From the NCBI GenBank assembly GCA_043228905.1, contig JBHGNT010000014.1, positions 10,354,001-10,418,000 on the forward strand: a stretch of 64,000 nt of DNA. The letters are read 5' to 3'. Numbering within the stretch: the stretch's first letter is position 1; every line of letters starts with the position of its first letter. Position numbers and translations under genes: made by a program. This DNA comes from Azolla caroliniana (Eukaryota; Plantae; Polypodiophyta). Under the pieces are notes generated by a model. That model had not been told where the DNA came from. It saw only the letters and a list, made by a program, of their open reading frames with translations, and searched no databases. Below, piece by piece: positions 24,614 to 33,937 of this stretch.

Positions 24614-27600
24614 AGAGGACTGCCAAGGCGTGGGGCCGTGACAGTCCGGATGCTCCGGAAAAACCCCACATCTGTACGATAAAACCGTGTACAATAGGTA
24701 GGAAATTTTGCTTCTCCGACAGCGGAGCATGTACGATGGTCGGCATCGCTGGCCGAGAGAAAACAAAGACGGAGGGGAGACTTCGGGCGTGCGGAGTTCT
24801 CGGCCCTGACGAAGAAATCGACGGAGCCGTGGAGGCAGTCTCCTTCGACGACACCTTGGGAATGCTGGGGAAGGTAGTCGAAGAAGACCTTAACGAAGAC
24901 CGGACGATACCGGTATGTTCCGAAGAAATGTACGAAGTCATCGCGGACCTCGGTCGAGGGCTCGAGTCGGAACGGACGGCCCGAGTTAGCACCAAGTACA
25001 AGACTGTGGACCGGAAGGTGAGGCCAGTTGCGGCGCCCTTACCGGAGGGCAGCGAGTCGCGAATCAAAGGGGTTGCATCGGACCCCAGCTTACGAGATCC
25101 GGCCTGCATAGGACACACCTTCACCAACGAGACGCTCCGGGAGCTCAAAATCGGTGGGGGCGGGTTCCTACTACCGGCGGAGGAAGACCGGTTTCGGAGG
25201 ATGCTCGGAAGGCACGGGAAAGCCTTCGCATTCTCACCGGAGGAAATCGGGTGCGTAGACCCGACGATCGTAGAACCGATGGTGATATTCACAGTACCGC
25301 ATGTACCGTGGAATCTCAAGCCAATTCCGGTTCCGAGAGCTCACATCCCGAAGTTGATGCAGCTGTTGAAGCAGAAAGTTGATATGGGCATTCTCGAGCC
25401 GTCGAGCGCCCCGTATTCAAACCGATGGTTTACCGTACCAAAGAAAAACGGATCATTGCGCTTCATTCAGGACCTGCAGCCGGTCAACAGAGTGACCATT
25501 CAGAACGCAGGGATCGGACCGACCATAGACGAGTTCGCGAAGGCCTTCGCCGGAAGGTCGATTTACTCGGTCGGTGATCTATACTCAGGGTACGACCAGT
25601 TCCAGCTAGCCGTGGAGAGCAGAGACATTACGACGATGCGAACTCCCCTCGGCCTAGTGCGGATGTGTACGCTGCCGCAGGGAGGGACCAACTCGGTGGC
25701 CCACATGGTGAATGCAATGAACAAGGTGCTGAGGGACTGCATCCCGGACATCACCATGCCGTTTCTAGACGACATCCCGATCAAGGGATGCCCGGTAGAA
25801 GAGAAGGACGAGACGATCGGGCCGGACGGATGCCGGCGGTTCGTGATGACGCACATCGACGACTGCGAGAAGGTGCTGCAAAGGCTAGAGGATGCGAGGC
25901 TCACCTTCTCGGGGGAGAAGTCAGCCTTCGGGCAGTCGGAAATCATGGTGGTCGGACATTTATGTGGACCATATGGCCGGAAACCGTCTCCGGCAAAGGT
26001 AGAAGCCATCTCCGCGATGAAGCCTGATTGCAGCTCGGTCACGGAAGTACGAAGATTCTTGGGAGCATGCGCCTTCTACCACATATGGATCCCGCATTAC
26101 GCGCACGTCGCGGAGCCACTGTACGGATTATTGAAGAAAGGGCGAAGATTCGAATGGCTTGACAAGCACACGGAGTCGGTCCGGAAGCTGAAGGAGGCTC
26201 TTTCGGCAGCACCGGCGCTCCGAAAGGCCGTCTACAGGAAGGGCACCCCAGTGTACATAACGGTTGACACGAGTCCGACCGGAATCGGGTGGGTCGTCAA
26301 CCAAGAAGACGAGGACGGCAATCGGTTTCCGATCCGATTCGGCGCGAAGGTCCTCAGTGAGCGGCAGCGAGGATACGCCCAGGTTAAACGCGAACTCTGG
26401 GGTATCGTTTCGGCGGTGAAGGCCGACAAGGACTATCTGATCGGGACAGAGGTAATCATAGAGACGGATTGCATGCCGATTCTCGGCATGGTTTCCGGAT
26501 GCGCGACGCCGGACCTGGCAATGCTCAGGTGGATAGCGTACATCAAGTCCTTGGACCCGGAAATACGACACATTTCCGGGAAAGACAACGCCATGGCCGA
26601 CATGCTTTCAAGGGCGAGATTCGATGACGAGGGCGGCATGGTTTCGGAGGACGAAGAGGTCGGCGTGGACTTCTTCGAGACTGCGTATGTAATAACCGAC
26701 GGAACAAGCACTCCGGCGCTTAACGACTTCGACGCGAGCAAGTACGACGGGGAGTGGTTGCAGATCGGTGGGTTTTTGAAGACAATGACGCCCGATGCGT
26801 CATGGACGAAGGACGAGGCCAACCGGATCCGGAAGAAAGCGTACCGGCTCTTTCTCCAGGGTGGATACTTGTGGAAGCACCCGAAGAAGAGGAACGGCGT
26901 CCCGCTCCGGGTGGTGGCAATGAAGGAAGATCAGGAGGAGCTGCTAGCAGCCTACCACGACAGCCCTTGGGCTGGACACCGTGGAACATGGGCTACGTTT
27001 GAGAAACTGAAGGGGAAGTATTGGTGGCCGGGGCAGTACCAGGACGTGCATCGGTTCGTGACAACTTGCGAGAGCTGTCAGATGCACTCCATAGTCCGAC
27101 ATCGAGACGAGCTTCACCCTACGTACCCTCCGGCCATCCATTTCAAATGGATGGTAGATCTGGTAACGATGCCAATGGGAGTAGGACAGATGCGGTACCT
27201 GGTCCTAGCGCGGGAGGATCTGACGAACCAGGTGGAAGGCCGGGCCCTTCCGAACAAAACGACCGCGGTCGTATGTCGGTTCCTAATCGAGGACGTGATA
27301 TGCCGGTACGGGTGCGTCGGGAAGATCGTGGCTGACCGAGGGGAGTTGGACGCCGAAGAAGCCGCGGAGCTGTTCGACCGGCTGGGAGTCAAGCTCTCGC
27401 TCACCACTGCGTACAATCCGGAGGCGAATGGAAAGGTGGAGCGCGGACACGGACCGATCGTCAAGGCGTTGGTTCGGGCATGTGGAGGCCGAGTCGGTAA
27501 CTGGCCGCGGCTGCTACCTTATGCTTTGTGGGCAGACCGGACTACGCACAGTTCGGTAACCGGGTACATGCCGACGGAGCTCATGTTCGGCCAGAAGCCG

Positions 27601-28092
27601 ATCATGCCGATGGAACGGACGATCTCCTCGTGGGCAACGGTCGACTGGAGGGACGAGATGAGCCGGGAGGAGTTGTTGGCCGCGCGTATACGACAGCTCG
27701 AGCGGAGACCGGAGGACGTGGAACTGGCTGCGAAGAAGCTCCGGGTGGCGAGGACAAAGAACAAAGCCAGGTTCGACCGAACGCACCGGCTCCGACCGAA
27801 GAAAATCGAAGAAGGTGACTGGGTGCTCGTCTACGACAGTAGCCTCGACAACCAGCACCGAGCTACACGGAAGTTCGCACGAAGGTGGTTCGGGCCTTAC
27901 GTGGTACGGAGCGCCAATGACAACGGGACATATCACCTGGCGGAACTCGACGGCACGAGAATGGCGATACCGGTTGCAGGGAAGCGGATCAAAGCGTTCA
28001 AGAAGCGACACGACGACGAGCCAAACCCGGCTCTCCTAGTCAGCAGTGACGAACGATCCGAAAACGAGGAAGAACCGACGGGCGAGGAATGA
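24610..28092 (+). CDS. pol: Pol (RT-RNase H-integrase), -1 frame relative to gag-PR
   Basis: Frame open from 24610 through 24736-28092. RT FLDD, RH TVDTS, INT HHCC plus D,D,E and WFGPY; no chromodomain. Confidence 0.95.
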   Translation, partial: LERTAKAWGRDSPDAPEKPHICTIKPCTIGRKFCFSDSGACTMVGIAGREKTKTEGRLRACGVLGPDEEIDGAVEAVSFDDTLGMLGKVVEEDLNEDRTIPVCSEEMYEVIADLGRGLESERTARVSTKYKTVDRKVRPVAAPLPEGSESRIKGVASDPSLRDPACIGHTFTNETLRELKIGGGGFLLPAEEDRFRRMLGRHGKAFAFSPEEIGCVDPTIVEPMVIFTVPHVPWNLKPIPVPRAHIPKLMQLLKQKVDMGILEPSSAPYSNRWFTVPKKNGSLRFIQDLQPVNRVTIQNAGIGPTIDEFAKAFAGRSIYSVGDLYSGYDQFQLAVESRDITTMRTPLGLVRMCTLPQGGTNSVAHMVNAMNKVLRDCIPDITMPFLDDIPIKGCPVEEKDETIGPDGCRRFVMTHIDDCEKVLQRLEDARLTFSGEKSAFGQSEIMVVGHLCGPYGRKPSPAKVEAISAMKPDCSSVTEVRRFLGACAFYHIWIPHYAHVAEPLYGLLKKGRRFEWLDKHTESVRKLKEALSAAPALRKAVYRKGTPVYITVDTSPTGIGWVVNQEDEDGNRFPIRFGAKVLSERQRGYAQVKRELWGIVSAVKADKDYLIGTEVIIETDCMPILGMVSGCATPDLAMLRWIAYIKSLDPEIRHISGKDNAMADMLSRARFDDEGGMVSEDEEVGVDFFETAYVITDGTSTPALNDFDASKYDGEWLQIGGFLKTMTPDASWTKDEANRIRKKAYRLFLQGGYLWKHPKKRNGVPLRVVAMKEDQEELLAAYHDSPWAGHRGTWATFEKLKGKYWWPGQYQDVHRFVTTCESCQMHSIVRHRDELHPTYPPAIHFKWMVDLVTMPMGVGQMRYLVLAREDLTNQVEGRALPNKTTAVVCRFLIEDVICRYGCVGKIVADRGELDAEEAAELFDRLGVKLSLTTAYNPEANGKVERGHGPIVKALVRACGGRVGNWPRLLPYALWADRTTHSSVTGYMPTELMFGQKPIMPMERTISSWATVDWRDEMSREELLAARIRQLERRPEDVELAAKKLRVARTKNKARFDRTHRLRPKKIEEGDWVLVYDSSLDNQHRATRKFARRWFGPYVVRSANDNGTYHLAELDGTRMAIPVAGKRIKAFKKRHDDEPNPALLVSSDERSENEEEPTGEE

Positions 28093-30782
28093 AGACGGGC
28101 CGGTTTTCTCCGTCCCAACTCTCTTGGCGCATACCGGAGGATGCGCGGTTAGGTGGGGGCGGATGTCGTGAAGAAAACCGTCCATAAGCGGAATCGGCGC
28201 ACCAAGGCGTGGGAACCGGTTCTTCACGCGCGCACGCTCCAAGTTGTACATAGAAGCGAATTAGGAGGATAATCGGCGGGAACGGGCCCTAACACAAGTG
28301 GAGACAAAGACCGCGCGAACAGTCTTTTCGGTCGCGCGCGCGAGCTAAGGAACTGTACGAGTCGGCGGCGTAACTACGCGGATGCGCGAAGAACGGAGCG
28401 GATCCCTGTTCGAAAGGGACAGGGAATAAAGCTGACATGACGGCCTGCTCGTCGGCCTATATAAGGAGCAGGAAAGAGCTGTTGCAGGCATCTGGGCAGA
28501 GAGGACGAAGTGTTGTCGGACCGTTTCTGGACGCTCCTCCCTCTATTTCCTTCCTTCTTGAGCTCCATAGCTTTCTGTGCAGGGTTCCGAGGAGGCTCGC
28601 GCTGTTTCGAGGAACGCCCGAGTGCTTCCGGCAGCACCTCCGACCTGCTACCCCCCCCCCCTTTTTGTGCGTCGAAGCGAACAGGCATCGGCATCTGTTC
28701 GCCGGCCTGTTCGGTTGTAACCAACCTGTGCCCCATCGAGGGTTGTAGTCGTGTTAGCCATTTTGTTAATATACATATTTAGTCATTCGCATCTGTCTGT
28801 GTCGGTGTCTGTTCGCGTTCTCCGTGCTGAAGGGCCGTGTCCCTGTGTATCCCCGGTCCTGCGTAGCCGGTTCTCTCTCTTTCTCCTCCCTCGCTTGCTC
28901 TTTGGTTCGAGACCCCCGCGGTCCCGCCTCGATTCCACACGCACTTGCGTAATATCTCGACAGCGTCCTGGTACTTGCCTCCGACTCTGGACCTCACCTC
29001 CAATCCGAGTTCTGATGATGAGGTCAGTGAGGCCAAGGTGCCTCCGGATGAGCATGAAATCGGGACCCACAAAGAGAGTCCGACTTCGGTTCGCTTAAGC
29101 GAACCGAATGGACGACCGAGTCGGTTCAACCAGTCCGATGAAGAGCCGGCGAGTAGTGGAGACTCGGTCGTGCATTCGCCACGCAGGAAGCCGAGGAGAC
29201 GTCTTACGCGCAAAGAAAAAGGGAAGAAGAAGGTGTCGGATTACAGCACGGATAGGAACGAGTCGAATCGACGCGAGTCCGACTCCGAGGGAAGTGACGA
29301 CGGGTCTTCGAGACCGAAGTCCGTGTCAGCCAAGAAAGCCTCAACATCGGCTAATGAGCAATTATTCCGATCAACCCGCCAGAAGAACCTTGTTGTGCGG
29401 TTCAGTTATAATGAGTACATGGCGCACCATTACGCGTACATGACGCGAGTGGCGGAAGTGCGTGAGCCGGAGAGCTACATAGAAGTGGTGAAAGACGCGA
29501 ATTGGCATGCCGCGATGGAGGAAGAGATGCGCGCATTGGCGGAAAATGCAACCTGGGACTTGGTTGATGCACCGAAAGGTGTGAAGCCGATCGGATGTAG
29601 GTGGGTGTACAAGGTCAAGTACAAGACCGACGGCTCGGTCAACCGATACAAGGCCCGGTTAGTAGCGAAAGGCTATGCACAGAAACACGGCATCGACTAC
29701 GATGAGACGTTTGCGCCGGTCACGAAGATGATGACCATCCGTGTTTTGTTCGCGGTAGCTGTGGCAAAGGGGTGGCACTTACATCAGATGGATGTAAAGA
29801 ATGCGTTCCTGCAAGGTGAGCTTGAGGAATAGGTGTACATGGTACAGCCCCCCGGATTTCACTCCGGAACGAACACTTCGGTAGTGTGCCAATTGAAGAA
29901 GTCCCTTTACGGACTAAAGCAAGCCTCGTGTGCCTGGAATGCGAAGATCATGCATCAACTGTGTCGGATGGGCTTTGCGACGTCAAAATCGGACTCCTCA
30001 CTGTTCATCCGGAAAGGTCAACTCAGGCCGGTTAGTATTTTACTTTATGTTGATGACTTGGTCATCACCGGCGCCGACCTAGGTGAGATTGACCGCGTGA
30101 AGCTCCAGCTCGCGCATCATTCGACATGAAGGATCTGGGGGACCTTCATTACTTCCTTGGGATCGAAGTGATCCGCACCCCCGAAGGCATACTGATAAGC
30201 CAACGTCATTACGCGCTAAATACGCTCTTCAAATTCGGGATGGCAGACTGTAAGTCCGTCTCGACTCCTCTGGATAGAACCGTCAAGCTTCGCCCCGAGT
30301 CCGGAAAGGTATGCGACCCGACGAGGTTCCAACAAATAGTCGGCAGCCTTATATACTTGACCATCACCCGACCAGATCTCAGCTACCCGGTCAGGGTGAT
30401 TAGTCAGTTCATGGCGCGACCGACCGAGGAACACCTTCAGTGCGCACAATGCATACTCCGGTACATCAGTGGCACTAAGGACCGGGGGCTACTATATCGG
30501 TCTGATACAGCCCCCCGTTGGTCAGCTACACCGATGACGACTGGGCCGGCAACGTCGTCGATCGTCGATCCACGTCCGGTTTCGTGTTCTCTCTCGGGAG
30601 TGCCGCGATCGCGTGGAGTAACAAGAAGCAGCTAACAGTTGCGTTGTCGAGCACCGAGGCCGAGTATAGAGGAGCGGTTGTGACGACATGCGAAGCCATA
30701 TGGTTGAAGCGGCTACTTAAGGATCTGCAGGTGGAGGTGTCCGATCCAACGACTATCTACTGAAACAACCTCATCAACATCC

Positions 30783-31237
30783 TGTTACGGGCATGACCAT
30801 TTAATATCCCGTGGTGAGAATTTACCATAGTATTCTATACACGTGGATAAGTGTGAGGGTTAAACGAGAGTGTAAAGAAGGGGAGGATTACATTTAATCC
30901 TCGGGATTGAGACAACCCATTAGGTCAAGTGTGAACTTGCCTGGGCGCCTTGGATATCGCTATAAATAAGAGGCCTAGCTACCCTCATTTGATCATCTTT
31001 TGACTACATCGAGACTCTGCTCTTGTGGTGGGTCAACTCTTGTAGCGAGCGCGCAAGCACCAGGTACGACTCGATGCCACGGCGGTGGTATGGGACGCCG
31101 ATCAAGGCTCGAGTCCTTCTCGATCCCTTCGCTCGGGAGTGGTCAGGTGGATCGGCACCCTTCTTTCTCTTTCTCCTTTCTATCTATTATTAGTTTTTCC
31201 TTATCTTAAGCTTACTTTAGTACCTAGATCTCTAATA
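30783..31237 (+). mobile_element. Solo LTR (455 bp) in copia RNase H
   Basis: TGTTA...TAATA termini (CA>TA), TSD CATCC on both sides, TATAAATA at 30961, homolog at 15138-15720. Confidence 0.85.
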
Positions 31238-32346
31238 CATCCAGCTCGCCAAGAACCCCGTTTTTCACGCCCGGACTAAGCACATTGAGGTGCACTACCA
31301 TTTCATCCGTGAGCGTGTTCTCTCCGGTAAAGTCGAACTTCAGTATGTTCCGATGGATCGGCAGATCGCTGACATCTTCACCAAGCCTCTTGGTCTGGAC
31401 AAGTTGCGGCAATTCTCAGGTGCGCTTGGGTTGCGTCACCTCGACGTGCCGAACTTGAGGGGAAGAGATGTCCCGAATTACCACAGAAGAGGGAGAGAAG
31501 ACCGCGACGCCGAGTCGGATGACGAATTCGATTTCGGATTGGCTGAAGAAGTCGAGGGCGGACCCGCAGAAGATTCCAGAAGCGGACATAAGGGGAGCAG
31601 TCGAAAGGAAGAGCCGAAGCCAACCAAGTGTGGGCGAAACGAAGCCATCAAGGGCCAGAAGACCAAAGGCGAGTTGGAGGCAGCCAACTCAAACGAGAGC
31701 GAAAAACCAATCGGAGAAAGTTGAGTCGGTTCGGATGTTTGATTCGGATATGTTGAATCAACCAAGGGCCAAGTGGAAGAGAAGGCAACAGAAGAGGCCC
31801 TAACACCGCAACAGCAAGGAAGCTGAGAAGGGCCGTGTGAGCAGACAAGCTGACCGAAAGGGTCGAGGCGCGCGGAATCGAACAGGTCAAGGAGTGCGAC
31901 CAAGGCGTGGAGCCAGGAGTAATCGAAACGTAGATCCGGAAGAGCAGATGGAACCTCAAGTTGAGCTTGAGGGGGAGTGTTGAGATACAAGCTCAACATT
32001 GGCTGGATTGGCTGTGCAAACTGAGAACCGGATCGGTTGGGACCGATAAGTTAGGCCGGACCGGTGCGTAAAATGGATACACAAACCGGTGCATAACAAG
32101 AGGCCGTATCGGTGTGTAAACCGAAAGGCCGTTAGAGAGATATTCCTCGTAAGGAATAGTTTTGGGAGTAAGTGTCGAGGCTCATTTATGAGCAGTCAAG
32201 TACTGCCAGTACTTGTGTCAGCCCATTGTCAGGGCTTGTATAAAAGGTGCTCACTAAGCACGATGTAAAGATAGAGTTAGTATATTTTGAATTTAATCTT
32301 TGTATTTGGTTTTCTATTGCTTCCGCACATAATCTTTTACAATAAC

Positions 32347-32870
32347 TACGAATAAGTCATTTTCTTGAACAATATACTAACATTGAGTAGGATCAAATTT
32401 CTTACTCCCAAATGCTATTGATTTTAACATCTTGTTATAAAACAACACCTACAACATAATCACTTGCATCGGTTTCAACCTAAAATGGTTTCGAAGGATC
32501 ATGTAAAAGAAGTAAAGCAACCTTACACATCGGGTCCTTGAGTTCTTTAAAGGCAAGATCTAATGTAGCATTCCATACAATCAATTTTGTAGACTTACGC
32601 ATTTGACCTTTAAGAAGATTAGTAAACGACATCGTCAATTGGGAGTACTTACGAAGAGATTTTCGCAAAACCCAACAAAACCAAGGAATGATTGAACTTC
32701 TCGAATATTCTGAAGAGTGGACCAAGGTTTGACTTTCTCCATGTGAGAAGGATCAATTTCGACTCCTCATTCGGTTATGAGATGTTAGAGATATGCAATT
32801 GATTTCTTGAAGAACTCACATTTCGAGAACTTTGCGTAGAACTATTTGTCGTGCAATGTTTGCAAAAAAA
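32347..32870 (-). mobile_element. RT C-term / RH fragment of old host gypsy element
   Basis: Minus: FYAKFSKCEFFKKSIAYL, KYSQLT, LAFKELK..LLLHDPSKPF. Confidence 0.75.
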
Positions 32871-33012
32871 ACATACATTGTTACCATATTCTTTCTTTCT
32901 TACAACATATTTCAAATTCTTCATTGCCTTAGAATTTTCTTTTCTCCTAGTCCAAAACCTCAGTGGTTCCCACCCGACTCACGCAAATGATCTGGCGCCG
33001 AAAGGCACGACA
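32871..33012 (+). mobile_element. Terminal (U5-like) fragment of a ...CACGACA-ended LTR
   Basis: Ends GGCACGACA exactly where the copia integrase (SRDV) breaks off, with a motif resembling U5 of 21642-22442. Confidence 0.5.
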
Positions 33013-33937
33013 ACATCTCGACTTGTTCGAACCTTACAAGTAGATGGGTTGTAGCATTTGTACCCCTTCTGTTCGAGTGAGTATCCTACAAGGATACATT
33101 TCTCCAACTTTGGGTCAAGCTTTTGCCGCGTATCGTTGGGAATATGTACGTAGGCGATAGAACCGAAAATGCAGACATGTGACAAGTTTGGTTTCTTTCC
33201 AATGAATTTTCATGCGGAGTTATATCGTGTACTCTCGAGGTTGTGCACCTGTTCATGAGATATATGGCCGTATTTGCAGCTTCTACCCAATATGATTTCA
33301 GCAGGTTCTTCTCGTTCATCATGGCTTGTGTGACTTCTACTACATGGCGATTTTTACGCTCTGCTACGTCGTTTTGCTGAGGCGTGTGTCGACACGAGAA
33401 CTCTCGTCGGATTCCTTCTTTTCGGAGATATGCCGAAAATTCATCCGAAAAATATTCTTTGCCTCCATCTGATCGAAGACAGCGTACATGCCAACTGTCA
33501 GGAATAGTACTAAAACAGAGATGGAATTAGTACTAAGAACAGCAGTACTATTAGTACTAAGAGGACGGGACTGCGTAAGATTCCCGAGAGAGGAAGTGAG
33601 AAGAGGAGAAAGAGAGAGATAGCGAGAATGAGAGAGATGATGACAGCAGCTATATATTATGTGAAAAGATAAGTACAAGCGGCTAAGAGGCTTAAGACTG
33701 GCGTTGAACCAATTTGGTTCAAAACAATGCCTTGTGCCTCCTTTTATAGTGTTTTTAGGAATAATCTTGAAGCTTCTAGAATGTTCCAGAGAGATCTGGA
33801 ATATACATCAATTTTCTATGATAAAGTATAAATGAAAATAATATCCTACAAAATACAATTCCTAATCTAATGGTAAGAGCTCGACCCATGTAGCATAAAG
33901 TCATGGGTTCGAGTCTTGCCATGACACTATCTCCCCC

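Larger units (their letters stand above)
21642..28962 (+). mobile_element. Near-intact, very young non-chromodomain Ty3/gypsy LTR retrotransposon
   Basis: LTRs 21642-22442 and 28164-28962 differ by one C/T and a poly-C length (13 vs 11) as far as I can see. 4-bp TSD GCGT, whose removal restores host DESASWYL. PBS 22447-22464, PPT AGGTGGGGGCGGA 28151-28163. Confidence 0.98.
18890..32341 (+). mobile_element. Ty1/copia element (second family), full length with nested insertions
   Basis: LTRs 18890-19300 and 31978-32341 (TGTTG...TTACA), TSD ATAAC, iMet PBS 19301-19311, gag from 19386 with CWYCGKKGHRESEC, INT, RT LLYVDDLVI, RH ADIFTKPL, PPT GAGGGGGAG 31969-31977. Several stops and frameshifts. 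Confidence 0.95.

Noticed and set aside
22642-25319. Long antisense ORFs (270, 221, 269 aa) as extra genes
   Set aside because: They shadow a GC-rich gag-pol on the other strand and show no recognisable motifs
33857-33926. Functional tRNA gene
   Set aside because: No acceptor or anticodon stem pairing; only A/B-box-like motifs, so kept as a tRNA-like module
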